A DNA stretch of 64,000 nucleotides from Candidatus Nomurabacteria bacterium (GCA_023267215.1 JAHFNS010000002.1:32149-96148), one strand, 5' to 3'. Positions 20,783 to 31,164 are shown, numbered from the stretch's first letter. The notes: generated from the sequence alone by a model not told the origin. A program made the numbers and translations.

Positions 20783-21754
20783 TTATTTATTATCCCGACC
20801 TTTGTCGAGATTCCGACTTTGGTCGGAACTAATAATTTCGATCGCTTTTGAAATAAGTGGAATAATATCGTTGTAAATGCGAAGCTCTGGAATCTCAGAA
20901 AGTTGAAACCAACGAGCATTATCTAATCCACCAGAAGTACCTAATTGGAGTTCATGATATTCGCTTTCTGCTAAAAAATAAACTACCTTCTTTAAAATTT
21001 TACCATTCTCTGGATGCGACGCGACATATTCATTTTCACCAAGTTTTTCTTTTATAGTAATATCCAATCCAATTTCTTCTTTTATTTCTCTTATAGTTCC
21101 TTCTTCTGTGCTTTCATTGGCAATCTTTTCATTATCTCCAATTCTACCTTTTGATAAAGTCCAATAACCAAAAACATCATGCACTAAAGCAAAAAGGGTA
21201 TTCTCATTTTTTTTAGCATATACTAGTGCTCCCCCTAATTTTTCAATTGGTAATTTGCTAATATCTATTGGCTCTTCAACTTTTTTCTTTTTGCTTATTT
21301 GTTCTTTACCAGGCTCACCTATCTCTTTATAAACTGCTCCCAAAACTCCATTTATAAATTTACCAGAATTTTCTCCACCAAATGTTTTCGCTAATTCTAT
21401 TGCTTCATTAATAGCCACCTTGGGTGGAACTTGATTTCTATCACCAAAAAGAAGTTCAGTTAAACCAATTCTTAAAATGTTTCTGTCAACAATAGAAATC
21501 TTTTGGAGTGGCCAGTCTGGCGCAGCTTTTTTAATTATCTCATCAATAACTTCTGATTTTTTTAAAACTTGTTCTACTAAAGACAACACAAAAACATCAT
21601 CCTCTAATCCTGGAGCAAATTCTTTTAGATTTCTATTTAAAGCCTCTTTTATTTTTTCCCTAGTCCAAAGTCTGCCTTTTTCTTCAGCATTCATAAAATC
21701 CCACTCAAAAAGCGTTTGGAGAACTATTGATCTTGAAAGGTGCCTATTTGCCAT
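20783..21754 (-). CDS. nusB: NusB antitermination factor fused to C-terminal NUDIX hydrolase domain
   Basis: NusB motifs VDRNILRIGLTELLF, AINEAIELAKTFGGENSGKFINGVLG (res 1-135); Nudix box TEEGTIREIKEEIGLD in res 210-260. Confidence 0.8.
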   Translation of the reverse strand: MANRHLSRSIVLQTLFEWDFMNAEEKGRLWTREKIKEALNRNLKEFAPGLEDDVFVLSLVEQVLKKSEVIDEIIKKAAPDWPLQKISIVDRNILRIGLTELLFGDRNQVPPKVAINEAIELAKTFGGENSGKFINGVLGAVYKEIGEPGKEQISKKKKVEEPIDISKLPIEKLGGALVYAKKNENTLFALVHDVFGYWTLSKGRIGDNEKIANESTEEGTIREIKEEIGLDITIKEKLGENEYVASHPENGKILKKVVYFLAESEYHELQLGTSGGLDNARWFQLSEIPELRIYNDIIPLISKAIEIISSDQSRNLDKGRDNK

Positions 21755-21825
21755 AATGTTTGACGCTAAGCTTCAGATTTTAGGCTTTAGTTAAGAAACT
21801 AATTGCCTAGGGTCTAGAGCCTAAT

Positions 21826-22053
21826 TTATTTTGCCTCTGCCTTCTTTGCTTTTTCTTTTTTTTGCTTCTTTTCTATTTTTTTGACCAAATCTAATACTTT
21901 CATTCCGCGGTAAAATCCACAAGATGCACAAACAGTGTGACGCTTTTTAAAATTGCCACAATTTGCGCATTTGGTAAGACCCGTGCTCATCAATGCGTGA
22001 TGAGAACGTCGGTTTGCTGTATGCGATTTTGTATGTCTCATTCGTACTACCAT
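21826..22053 (-). CDS. rpmF: 50S ribosomal protein L32 with Lys-rich C-terminal tail (start trimmed from ORF-track 22158 to Met36)
   Basis: MVVRMRHTKSHTANRRSHHAL..CANCG..CASCG L32 Zn-ribbon; ORF-track N-terminal 35 aa have no L32 counterpart and overlap thrS leader. Confidence 0.75.
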   Translation of the reverse strand: MVVRMRHTKSHTANRRSHHALMSTGLTKCANCGNFKKRHTVCASCGFYRGMKVLDLVKKIEKKQKKEKAKKAEAK

Positions 22054-22096
22054 AATGTATCCTATAGTAGCATATTCTAGTGGAAATGCAAAATTC

Positions 22097-22124
22097 TTGT
22101 ATTTTGTAAAAATAGTGCTATTAT
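22097..22124 (+). promoter_or_regulatory. candidate sigma70 promoter for thrS leader (TTGTAT-16-TATTAT)
   Basis: hexamers read directly with 16-nt spacer; untested. Confidence 0.3.
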
Positions 22125-22131
22125 TTAAGGA

Positions 22132-22291
22132 GTAGAGATTGTTATGGTCACCAACCATAATCCTATCAAATAGGACTGAAAAGCTAATCTACAAAAAATA
22201 AAAAGAGAACAAAGTTGGGTGGAACCGCGAACTAGACTCGCCCCGACAAAAATGAAATGTCGTTCATTTTTGTCGGGGCGATTTTAATTTT
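22132..22291 (+). promoter_or_regulatory. candidate T-box riboswitch leader (Thr, specifier ACC) with intrinsic terminator immediately upstream of thrS
   Basis: T-box consensus GGGTGGAACCGCG at 22217-22229; canonical antiterminator possible (GUUGGG/CCCGAC helix, 7-nt UGGAACC bulge, GCG-loop-CGC); competing 18-bp terminator 22239-22280 followed by ATTTTAATTTT; hairpin UUAUGGU-CACCA-ACCAUAA at 22145-22163 presents ACC+A. Confidence 0.5.
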
Positions 22292-22311
22292 AATAATAAC
22301 TTTAGAAATTT

Positions 22312-24069
22312 ATGGAAAAAGAAGAAAAATTACATAATTTAAGACATACGTTGGCACATTTATTGGCAGCTTCCGTCGGTAAAATATATAAATTTGATAA
22401 AGTCAAACTAACATTAGGACCTTCTATCGAAAATGGATTCTATTATGATATAGATTTTGGTGATAAAAAAATATCTGACAGTGATCTTAAAAAGATTGAA
22501 GATACCATGAAAAAAGAATTGCCAAAATGGACAACATGGGAACAAAAAGAATTAAATAAAGAAGATGCTTTAGACTTTTTCAAAAATGAATACAAAATAG
22601 AGCTCATAAATGAAATATCAGACCGTGGAGAAAAAATAACTACTTATACTTGTGGAGGTTTTACTGATTTGTGTCGAGGTGGCCACTTAGAGAATCCAGC
22701 TCAAAATATTGATCCCCTATCTTTCAAGCTCGATCGTGTGGCTGGAGCATACTGGCGTGGAGATGAAAAAAACAAAATGCTCACACGTATTTATGGGCTC
22801 GCATTTGAAACTAAAGAAGGATTAGAAAAATATTTAAATCAAAGAGAGGAAGCATTAAAAAGAGACCATAAGAAAATCGGCAAAGAAATGGGATTGTTTA
22901 CAGTTTCTGAATTAGTAGGAAAAGGGTTACCAATGTATCTACCAAAGGGTAACATAATTCGAACTCAATTAGAAAATTTTATTAGAAAAGAAAAGGAGGA
23001 TTTAGGTTATTCTTTCGTTACAATTCCACACATAGCAAAAAAAGAACTTTATATAAAAAGTGGCCATATGGGTAAATACGATGCGATGATGCCAGTCATG
23101 ACAGATGAAAACGGTGAAGAATTTGTAATGAAAGCCATGAATTGTCCTCATCATTTTGAAATATACAATGCAGAACCACATAGTTATCGTGATCTACCAT
23201 TACGCATAGCAGAAAATACAACTGTATACCGAAACGAAAAAAGTGGAGAACTAGCTGGACTTTTACGTGTTAAAAACTTAACTCAAGATGACACTCACCA
23301 TTTTATAAGAGCTGATCAAATTGAATCAGAAATCGAAATGATTTTTGGTTTAATGCAAAAAGTTTATAAGATATTTGGATTTGATGATTATAAGGTTGAG
23401 GTTTCTACTCGAGACAAAAAAAATAAAGAAAAATATTTTGGAAGTGATGAAGTATGGGAAAAAGCTGAAGAAATATTAGTAAATTCTGCAAAAAAGATGG
23501 GCCTCAAATATAGCATAGAAGAAGGAGAAGCCGCTTTCTATGGACCTAAAATTGATATAAAAGTAAAAGATTCAATAGGGAGAGAATGGCAATTAACCAC
23601 AGTACAACTTGATTTTAATCAACCAAATAATTTTGAAATGGATTATGTTGGAGAAGACGGCAAGAAACACCGTGTTGTTATTTTACATGTTGCAATATTC
23701 GGATCTTTCGAAAGGTTTATGGGAGTTCTTATTGAGCACTACGCTGGAATCTTCCCTCTTTGGCTCTCGCCTATACAGGTAAAAATTATACCCGTCAGAA
23801 CAAATCATAATGAGTATGCCAAAAAAGTTTATGAACTATTGAAGGAAAATAATATTCGTGCAGTACTAGATGACGAAGAAGCAAATCTCGGTGGAAAAGT
23901 TCGTGATGCTAAAAATAATAAAATTCCTTATTGGATAGTTGTTGGCGACAAAGAAATAGAAGCCGATAAAGTTACCTTAGAATCTCGCGATAAAGGACAG
24001 CTTGGTCAAATTTCAAAAGAAGAACTCGTTGTGAAATTGAAGAAAGAAATTGCAGAAAAAATTTCTTAA
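22312..24069 (+). CDS. thrS: threonyl-tRNA synthetase (lacks N-terminal TGS domain)
   Basis: editing-domain HxxxH (LRHTLAHLLA), class II motifs (YRDLPLRIAE, FERFMGVLIEHY), C-terminal anticodon-binding domain. Confidence 0.95.
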   Translation: MEKEEKLHNLRHTLAHLLAASVGKIYKFDKVKLTLGPSIENGFYYDIDFGDKKISDSDLKKIEDTMKKELPKWTTWEQKELNKEDALDFFKNEYKIELINEISDRGEKITTYTCGGFTDLCRGGHLENPAQNIDPLSFKLDRVAGAYWRGDEKNKMLTRIYGLAFETKEGLEKYLNQREEALKRDHKKIGKEMGLFTVSELVGKGLPMYLPKGNIIRTQLENFIRKEKEDLGYSFVTIPHIAKKELYIKSGHMGKYDAMMPVMTDENGEEFVMKAMNCPHHFEIYNAEPHSYRDLPLRIAENTTVYRNEKSGELAGLLRVKNLTQDDTHHFIRADQIESEIEMIFGLMQKVYKIFGFDDYKVEVSTRDKKNKEKYFGSDEVWEKAEEILVNSAKKMGLKYSIEEGEAAFYGPKIDIKVKDSIGREWQLTTVQLDFNQPNNFEMDYVGEDGKKHRVVILHVAIFGSFERFMGVLIEHYAGIFPLWLSPIQVKIIPVRTNHNEYAKKVYELLKENNIRAVLDDEEANLGGKVRDAKNNKIPYWIVVGDKEIEADKVTLESRDKGQLGQISKEELVVKLKKEIAEKIS

Positions 24070-24072
24070 GCT

Positions 24073-24648
24073 ATGGATAAAAATGAAGAGCTCAAAAAAA
24101 TACATGAAAAGTGGTTTAAAGACTGTGAGTGCGAATTAAAAAGTACAGCCACTCAGCCTGTCCCCGGAGATGGCAACCCTGCTTCCGAGATTGTTTTTAT
24201 TGGCGAAGCTCCAGGAAAAAGTGAAGATACACAAGGTATACCTTTCGTAGGAGCTGCGGGAAAATTCTTGGCAGAAATGCTGGAAGCGATAAAAATGAAG
24301 CGAGAAGAAATTTATATCACCAATATTGTGAAATATCGCCCGCCCAACAATCGCGATCCACTTCCAGAAGAAAAAGATGCCTGCAGAGAATGGCTCATAG
24401 AAGAACTCAACTTTATAAATCCAAAATTGATAGTGTTTTTAGGCAGACATTCAATGAATGATTTCTTTCCTACTGAAAAAATTTCTGATGTCCACGGCAA
24501 ACTTTTAATAAAAAAATTTAATCACATAAACACGAAACACTTTCTTCCTCTCTATCATCCAGCCGCTGCGCTTTATAATGGCGGAATGCGAGAAACTCTA
24601 ATAGAAGATTTCAAAAAAATCCCCAAAATTCTAGAGAAAATAAAATAA
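24073..24648 (+). CDS. uracil-DNA glycosylase, family 4
   Basis: FIGEAPGKSED motif, GIPFVGAAGKFL, HPAAALYN; Cys-containing N-terminus. Confidence 0.75.
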   Translation: MDKNEELKKIHEKWFKDCECELKSTATQPVPGDGNPASEIVFIGEAPGKSEDTQGIPFVGAAGKFLAEMLEAIKMKREEIYITNIVKYRPPNNRDPLPEEKDACREWLIEELNFINPKLIVFLGRHSMNDFFPTEKISDVHGKLLIKKFNHINTKHFLPLYHPAAALYNGGMRETLIEDFKKIPKILEKIK

Positions 24649-24649
24649 A

Positions 24650-25240
24650 TTATTTATCCTTAAAATTTAAAAATGGATTTTCGTCACCAAAAATTAGTTT
24701 AGGGAACTTATTATTTATAACTTCTTCCGGAATTCCATACTTTAGAGCAAGGACTTTACCAGCTGAACCAAAAACAGCCTGACTATAATCAAAACCAAGT
24801 TTTTTACTAACTTCTTTTACTTTTTCTTCTGATTTGCCTTCCACTTCGATATAAGGCTCTAAAAAAGGCCATTCATCAATGGTTATTTCCACATCTTCCA
24901 ACATCCAAAGTTCTCTTTTGCTCTCTTGATACGATTTTTCTACACAGCCTATATCTCTCAATATCTGGCAAGTTTTATCAAAATCATCCACAACAACTTG
25001 AATTTCTCTTTGATTATGTATCTCCTCTCCATCAATTATTTTGAATGACAAAGTAATTTTGTCTCCTTCGTCACGAACTCTTAACCAAGTATTATGTTTT
25101 GCTCTTCCTTCAGGCAAATTAAAAGGCACCCGACGTTGCATATATTCTGGTCGAATTAATTTAGCTCCAGCTTTTTCTAAACGTGTACGAATTTCGTCTT
25201 TATCCACGTTTATAAATTTTGCCTCGTATTCTATTTCCAT
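24650..25240 (-). CDS. CYTH-domain protein (CyaB/ThTPase-like triphosphate tunnel metalloenzyme)
   Basis: N-terminal EIEYEAKF (ExExK) signature and overall length/charge pattern. Confidence 0.65.
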   Translation of the reverse strand: MEIEYEAKFINVDKDEIRTRLEKAGAKLIRPEYMQRRVPFNLPEGRAKHNTWLRVRDEGDKITLSFKIIDGEEIHNQREIQVVVDDFDKTCQILRDIGCVEKSYQESKRELWMLEDVEITIDEWPFLEPYIEVEGKSEEKVKEVSKKLGFDYSQAVFGSAGKVLALKYGIPEEVINNKFPKLIFGDENPFLNFKDK

Positions 25241-25246
25241 AGATTT

Positions 25247-27325
25247 TTAGATATCAATCTCTGCTAATTTGGCATTGGATTGGATGAATGATTTTCTTGG
25301 AGGAACTTCGGAGCCCATTAAGATTTCAAATATTTTATCAGCTTCTTCGGCATCTTCTATATTAACTTTTTTGAGAATACGATGAGCTGGATCCATTGTT
25401 GTCTCCCAAAGTTCTTCTGGATTCATTTCTCCGAGACCTTTATAGCGTTGAATGTGTATTTTATTTGATTTCGTTTTTACCTCTTCTTCTAACCCTTCGA
25501 CTAGCTCAGGACCTTCGACATCTGTCTCTTCCACTGTTTGTATTTCACTAACATCTGTTTCTTTACCAATTAATTTAGTTTTTTCTTCATCAGAATAAGC
25601 ATAACTAATCTCTTTACCTTTCTTTATTTTATAAAGTGGGGGTTGGGCAATATAAATATATCCTGCATCCACAACTTGTCTGAAATATCTGTAAAACAAA
25701 GTGAGGAGAAGTGTGCGGATATGTGCACCGTCCACGTCGGCATCTGTCGCAATAATTATTTTGTGATAACGCATTTTTTCAAGATCAAAAGTATCTCCAA
25801 TAGAAGTACCAAGAGCAATGACCAACGATCTTATTTCTTTAGAGGCAAGCATTTTATCAATTCTTGCTCTTTCAACATTTAAAATTTTTCCTTTCAAAGG
25901 AAGTATCGCTTGGGTGCGTCTGTCTCTTCCTTGTTTTGCCGAACCTCCTGCAGAATCTCCCTCCACTAAAAACAATTCAGATTCTTCTGCACTTTTGCTT
26001 TGACAATCTGCAAGTTTTCCAGGAAGAGTCATCCCTTCAAGAGCACCTTTGCGAAGTACAGAATCTTTAGCTGCCTTGGCTGCTTTGCGTGCCTTTAACG
26101 CCAAAATAGACTTATTGATTATAGCCTTAGCATTATCTGGGTTTTCTTCCAAGAAACTAGTAAAAGCTTCTCCAAACACTGTTCCCACAGCTCCTTGAGC
26201 CTCCATTGAACCTAGTTTTGCTTTTGTCTGTCCTTCAAATTGAATTTCTCTTAACTTAACTGAGATCACTGCGGTCAATCCTTCCAATACATCATCTCCC
26301 GTAAAACCTCCCTCGGAATCTTTCATCATTTCATTTTTCTTGCAGTAAGTATTAAGAGTGCGAGTAAGAGCAGTTTTAAAACCAGTCACATGTGTACCAC
26401 CTTCTCCAGTATAAATATTATTTGCAAATGGAATAATTTTGTCTACAATGTCATCAACATATTGCAAAGCTATTTCAACTACTACACCATCTAATTCTTT
26501 CTCCACATAAAAAATATTATCTTGGATTGATTTCTGAAATTTATTATAATATTTAATAAGTGAAATCAACCCTCCTTCAAAATAAAAAGAAGTGGACGGT
26601 AATTCTAGATTTAAATCCTTGAAATAAAAAACATCATTATCGTCTAGTCCTTTTTTATTGTTCCATTCTCTTGCATCAATTATTGAAACTTTTAATTTCT
26701 TTACTAAATATGCTTGTTGACGAATATGACTGACAACAGTATTCCAGTCAAATTTAATGTCTTTAAAGATCTCCTGGTCTGGCTCAAAAGTAATAATGGT
26801 TCCATTTAACTTAGAAGAACCAATTTTTTTTACTGCAGATTTTTTCTTACCTTGAGAGTACTCTTGAATATATTTACCTCCATCTTTATGGACTTCTGCT
26901 TTACAATAAATAGAAAGTGCATTTACAACAGACGCACCTACTCCGTGCAAACCTCCAGAAACTTTATAACCTTCACCTCCAAATTTTCCTCCAGCGTGTA
27001 ATGTGGTCATTACAGTTTCAAGTGCTGAAACTTTAGTTTTCTTGTGTATATCAACAGGAATACCACGGCCATTGTCTGCAACACGAATACGATTATTAGG
27101 TAATAATACAACCTCTATGTCAGTACAAAAACCACCCATCGCTTCATCGCGTGAGTTATCAAAAATTTCCCAAATTAAATGATGAAGTCCGTCTATGCCA
27201 GTGGTACCTATATACATTCCTGGACGACGTCTGACAGGCTCGAGACCTTCTAAGACCGAAATGTCCGAAGCATCATAATGGTGCCCATTTCCGCTTGTTT
27301 TTTTAGTGTCTTTTTCTTTAGCCAT
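25247..27325 (-). CDS. gyrB: DNA gyrase subunit B
   Basis: GHKL ATPase motifs (DNGRGIPVD, GLHGVGASVVNALS), TOPRIM (EGDSAGGSAKQGRDR), PLKGKILNVE. Confidence 0.9.
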   Translation of the reverse strand: MAKEKDTKKTSGNGHHYDASDISVLEGLEPVRRRPGMYIGTTGIDGLHHLIWEIFDNSRDEAMGGFCTDIEVVLLPNNRIRVADNGRGIPVDIHKKTKVSALETVMTTLHAGGKFGGEGYKVSGGLHGVGASVVNALSIYCKAEVHKDGGKYIQEYSQGKKKSAVKKIGSSKLNGTIITFEPDQEIFKDIKFDWNTVVSHIRQQAYLVKKLKVSIIDAREWNNKKGLDDNDVFYFKDLNLELPSTSFYFEGGLISLIKYYNKFQKSIQDNIFYVEKELDGVVVEIALQYVDDIVDKIIPFANNIYTGEGGTHVTGFKTALTRTLNTYCKKNEMMKDSEGGFTGDDVLEGLTAVISVKLREIQFEGQTKAKLGSMEAQGAVGTVFGEAFTSFLEENPDNAKAIINKSILALKARKAAKAAKDSVLRKGALEGMTLPGKLADCQSKSAEESELFLVEGDSAGGSAKQGRDRRTQAILPLKGKILNVERARIDKMLASKEIRSLVIALGTSIGDTFDLEKMRYHKIIIATDADVDGAHIRTLLLTLFYRYFRQVVDAGYIYIAQPPLYKIKKGKEISYAYSDEEKTKLIGKETDVSEIQTVEETDVEGPELVEGLEEEVKTKSNKIHIQRYKGLGEMNPEELWETTMDPAHRILKKVNIEDAEEADKIFEILMGSEVPPRKSFIQSNAKLAEIDI

Positions 27326-27408
27326 TTTATATTAAATAAAGTCAAAAAATAAAAGCAAAATAGAATTTTGCTTAACGCATTATAACAAAAAATAACATAA
27401 AAAACTAG

Positions 27409-28602
27409 TTAATTTATTCTTTTAAAACTCAGACCATCTAAGGGATTCGTTCCATCTAATACCTCCTGTTTATCATTATAACCATCTCCATCAGAATCAG
27501 CTTTGAACATGTTTGTATGCCAAGCATTACTCTCTGCGCTATCAGATAAACCATCTCCATCCTCATCCCCATTTTGATATACATAATTATAGCCAAAATA
27601 TTGATAACATTTTTCAATTTGTTTGTATCCATTAAATTTATCCATTCGTTCACAATCATTAATTTTATTGTTTACAGCAATCGCTAATTCACAATTACTA
27701 AAAGTGTCTGATTCTTTTATTGCCTTACAAATATTCATATCATTTAAATTAACAGCTTTATTAAGAATATCAGCATTACTCATGCCCACTGTTTGTTTTT
27801 TTGCGTTGTAAACATTAATTACCATAGAACACTGATCAAAGGAACTTTTATCTTTTATAACTTCTTTCATTAAATTACAGATTCCATTGTCCCCTGTATT
27901 CATAGCTACCTTATATAGACATTCAAATCTTGGACTCTCTCTAGAATCACTAGTATCAGGTAGTTCTCTGCATAACTTTGTATCGTTGGTTTTTATTGCT
28001 ATCTCTTTCTTGCAGATATCGCTATTTTGGGTTGTTTCACAACCTAGAACATTTAAACTTGATATTGTGCTTTCCAAGGTAGAATATTTCCTATCCGCAT
28101 TAAATCTAGAAAAATCATCAGGCATATATAACACAGTGTACATCACCAACAGTATTATGGAAAAAGCAAGAAAAATAAAAATTTTTCTTGCTAAATATAT
28201 ATTCTTTTTTACTAGACTGAAATGATATAAATTTAGAATTAAAATTAACAAAATAAAAAATATCATCGGCAGTTCCGTAAAGGCAATCACCCTATATTGT
28301 TCATAGGAAAGATTAAAATATAAAAAGAAGAAAAATATTTTATATAGAAAACAAGCAAAACCAGAAACTAAAAAATAAATACTATATTTTCTCTGAGAGC
28401 CAAAGTCCGGCTCAGTTGGTAAATGTTTAAATTCATATACCATAAGGACAACTATGTCTAGTATTCCAAGAAAAAACCAATAAGGAATAAATACAAGACC
28501 TGCCATCTCCCAACCTCCAGATGGTTCAAATATGATACCAGGTAAATATCCTACCAAAAAAGAAATTATTAATAAAACCAAATAAAATTTAAATCTTTTC
28601 AT
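27409..28602 (-). CDS. hypothetical membrane protein with Cys-rich repeats and C-terminal TSP3-like Ca-binding Asp repeats
   Basis: 4-5 N-terminal TM helices; repeated C..C units; DGDGLSDSAE / DSDGDGYNDKQE motifs. Confidence 0.4.
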   Translation of the reverse strand: MKRFKFYLVLLIISFLVGYLPGIIFEPSGGWEMAGLVFIPYWFFLGILDIVVLMVYEFKHLPTEPDFGSQRKYSIYFLVSGFACFLYKIFFFFLYFNLSYEQYRVIAFTELPMIFFILLILILNLYHFSLVKKNIYLARKIFIFLAFSIILLVMYTVLYMPDDFSRFNADRKYSTLESTISSLNVLGCETTQNSDICKKEIAIKTNDTKLCRELPDTSDSRESPRFECLYKVAMNTGDNGICNLMKEVIKDKSSFDQCSMVINVYNAKKQTVGMSNADILNKAVNLNDMNICKAIKESDTFSNCELAIAVNNKINDCERMDKFNGYKQIEKCYQYFGYNYVYQNGDEDGDGLSDSAESNAWHTNMFKADSDGDGYNDKQEVLDGTNPLDGLSFKRIN

Positions 28603-28632
28603 GTGATTAATAATAACACAAAAACTAATTGA

Positions 28633-30414
28633 CTAGCGTATTTGCCAACTTGAATTTTCGCTTATTTTATGGCTTATTTTGGCCATAATTTCACTTACTT
28701 CTTCGTCTTTTAGTGTTCTTTCGTATGATTGGAAAATGAGTCTAAAAGCATATGATGTTTTACCGTCTTTTGTGAACGAATCGAATACGTAAGGTTCCTT
28801 AATCAGAAGATCTGTTCCATTTTCTATGAGTATCTTTTTTAACTTTTCAGGATCTTCCCTTTCTGCCATCCACACAGCGACATCACGAGAGATGAATGGA
28901 TAGATGGACCAAGGCTTAAACATAGGCGTTAGGCCATAGGCTTTAGGCTCTAGTTTAAAATCTAAATCCATATCTTTAGAAAAATCATCTAATGTGACTT
29001 CAATAATATTTTTCTTCTCATTATAAGCAACGTGCATTTCTTCTCCACTTTTTTTAAACACAGTTCCAATTTCAAAAATCTTTATCTCGTTCATTTCAAG
29101 CAGTGGCATGTTGAGTTGATTTAATTTCAAACTCTCTTTTAACCCATCACTCAAATTTGTTCTTAAAAACTTTTTATCAGAAGCAGAAGCAAGTACCTCC
29201 ACTTCCCCTTTATCTCTAAAAGCATAAGTCATCACTTCGCTATATCCATCGTTTAAAAGTTTATTACGAGCCCAAAGCATTTTGGAAAAATTTTCATTTA
29301 TTTTTGAACTCCAATTTATTTCTGGAAGTTTTTCTTCTAATTTTTCATATCCCAAAATTCTTCCAATTTCTTCTACCATATCTTCTTCTATCGCTAGATC
29401 AAAACGCATCGGCGGTAAAATAATTTCAAAATTATTGTCACTTTGTGTATATTCAAAATTATATCTACTTAAAATATCTTTTATTTCATCTAATGAAATA
29501 TTTATACCTAAAACTTTTGACATTTTATCAGCAGAAAAAGAAAGTTTTCTTGTTTCTTGTTTCTTTGGGTAGATATCAATAATTTCCTCAAATTCCATTC
29601 CACCATATTCAACCAAAAGTCCTGATAGTTCTCTCATTGCATATGAAGCAAGTTCTGAAGATAAATTATTTTCAAATCTTTTTGATGAATCAGTAAAAAC
29701 ATTTACTCTCTTTGAGGTCTTACGCACAGAAATGGGATCAAAGTTGGCAACTTCTATTAAAATATTTTTTGTATTCTCATCTACCTCAGCCATTTTTCCA
29801 CCTTTGACTCCAGCAATAGCAAGAACATTTTTACTATCTGCAATTACCATATCTGCAACTGAAAGTTTTATTTCTTTTCCATCCAAGGTTATAATGTTTT
29901 CTCCTTCTTTGGCTGACCTAATGATTATTATTTCGTCTGCCAGTTTATCTAAATCAAAAGCATGACATGGCTGACCAGAGTCATACATTACTATATTTGT
30001 CGCATCAACTATGTTATTAATGCTTCTCTGCCCAATAGACTCTAGATGTTTTTTAACCCAATCTGGCGAAGGACCAATTTTCACATTCCTCACAATTCTA
30101 CCCATATAACGACGGCATTTATCTGTCTCTATTTTAATCTTTAGTTTAGTCGGTTTTGTTTCTGGAATTTTATAAAAAGATGTAGGATCATTAAATTTAA
30201 CTCCTAACTGACTAGCAACTTCACGAGCTATTCCCTGATGAGAAAGTAAATCATGGGCTCGGTTTGGCAAAATATTTAAATCGAAAATAGTATCGTCTAC
30301 TATTTTTTCTGTTCCCTCTACTTCACAAAGATGAAAAGTCAAAATATCAGATAATTTATCTTCACTTGGAATTTCCGGAATATATGATTTTAACCAGTTG
30401 TAAGAAATTTTCAT
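28633..30414 (-). CDS. pheT: phenylalanyl-tRNA synthetase beta subunit (short form)
   Basis: B3/4 and B5 domain pattern, adjacent to pheS; 593 aa CPR-type. Confidence 0.85.
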   Translation of the reverse strand: MKISYNWLKSYIPEIPSEDKLSDILTFHLCEVEGTEKIVDDTIFDLNILPNRAHDLLSHQGIAREVASQLGVKFNDPTSFYKIPETKPTKLKIKIETDKCRRYMGRIVRNVKIGPSPDWVKKHLESIGQRSINNIVDATNIVMYDSGQPCHAFDLDKLADEIIIIRSAKEGENIITLDGKEIKLSVADMVIADSKNVLAIAGVKGGKMAEVDENTKNILIEVANFDPISVRKTSKRVNVFTDSSKRFENNLSSELASYAMRELSGLLVEYGGMEFEEIIDIYPKKQETRKLSFSADKMSKVLGINISLDEIKDILSRYNFEYTQSDNNFEIILPPMRFDLAIEEDMVEEIGRILGYEKLEEKLPEINWSSKINENFSKMLWARNKLLNDGYSEVMTYAFRDKGEVEVLASASDKKFLRTNLSDGLKESLKLNQLNMPLLEMNEIKIFEIGTVFKKSGEEMHVAYNEKKNIIEVTLDDFSKDMDLDFKLEPKAYGLTPMFKPWSIYPFISRDVAVWMAEREDPEKLKKILIENGTDLLIKEPYVFDSFTKDGKTSYAFRLIFQSYERTLKDEEVSEIMAKISHKISENSSWQIR

Positions 30415-30417
30415 ATT

Positions 30418-31164
30418 TTAAAATTGATTAAATCTTAGATCACCTTGATAAGCTGGGCGAATGTCTGGCATACCATATTTAATAATCATTAATCTTTCAA
30501 GTCCTGGACCAAAAGCAAAACCTTGATATTTTGTAGAATCAATTCCACAATTTTTTAAAACATCTGGATGCACCATACCAGCCCCACCCATTTCGAGCCA
30601 TTTGCCATTGAACTTCATATCAAATTCTATAGATGGTTCAGTAAAAGGAAAAAAACTTGGACGAAATCTAATTTCAATATTTTCACCTAACATTTTTTTA
30701 CAAAAATAAGAAAGTGTCGCTTTAAGATTGGACATATTTATATTTTCTCCTATTACTAAACCTTCGATTTGATAAAATTGCATTTCATGAGTTGCGTCTG
30801 TTGCTTCATTACGAAAACATTTTCCAGGAGCAATAATGGCAAACGGTGGTTTACCTCCAGATTTAACTAAATTTTCCATATATCTAATTTGCACATTTGA
30901 AGTATGTGTTCTCAATACCTCTCCTTCCTTTCCTTTGATATAAAAAGTGTCTTGCATGTCACGAGCGGGATGATCTTTAGGAACATTTAATGCATCGAAA
31001 TTGTGCCAAACATCTTCAAGTTCAGGCCCTGTAGCCACTTCAAAACCAAGCTCGGTAAAAATCTTTACCGCGTCATTTATTACTATAGAAAGTGGGTGTT
31101 CCCTGCCAGCGCAGGCAGGCCTACCTTTTTTTATCTCTTCACTCATTAGAAAAATATAGCACAA
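30418..31164 (-). CDS. pheS: phenylalanyl-tRNA synthetase alpha subunit (catalytic core only)
   Basis: [11 protein letters not shown] motif 1 region, class II motifs 2/3 (FRNE..., GAGMVHP); true start possibly Met7. Confidence 0.9.
   Translation of the reverse strand: MCYIFLMSEEIKKGRPACAGREHPLSIVINDAVKIFTELGFEVATGPELEDVWHNFDALNVPKDHPARDMQDTFYIKGKEGEVLRTHTSNVQIRYMENLVKSGGKPPFAIIAPGKCFRNEATDATHEMQFYQIEGLVIGENINMSNLKATLSYFCKKMLGENIEIRFRPSFFPFTEPSIEFDMKFNGKWLEMGGAGMVHPDVLKNCGIDSTKYQGFAFGPGLERLMIIKYGMPDIRPAYQGDLRFNQF

Noticed and set aside
22054-22158. N-terminal 35-aa extension of rpmF in the ORF track
   Set aside because: No counterpart in L32. The region carries the thrS promoter and T-box leader on the other strand, so L32 most likely starts at Met36 (22053).
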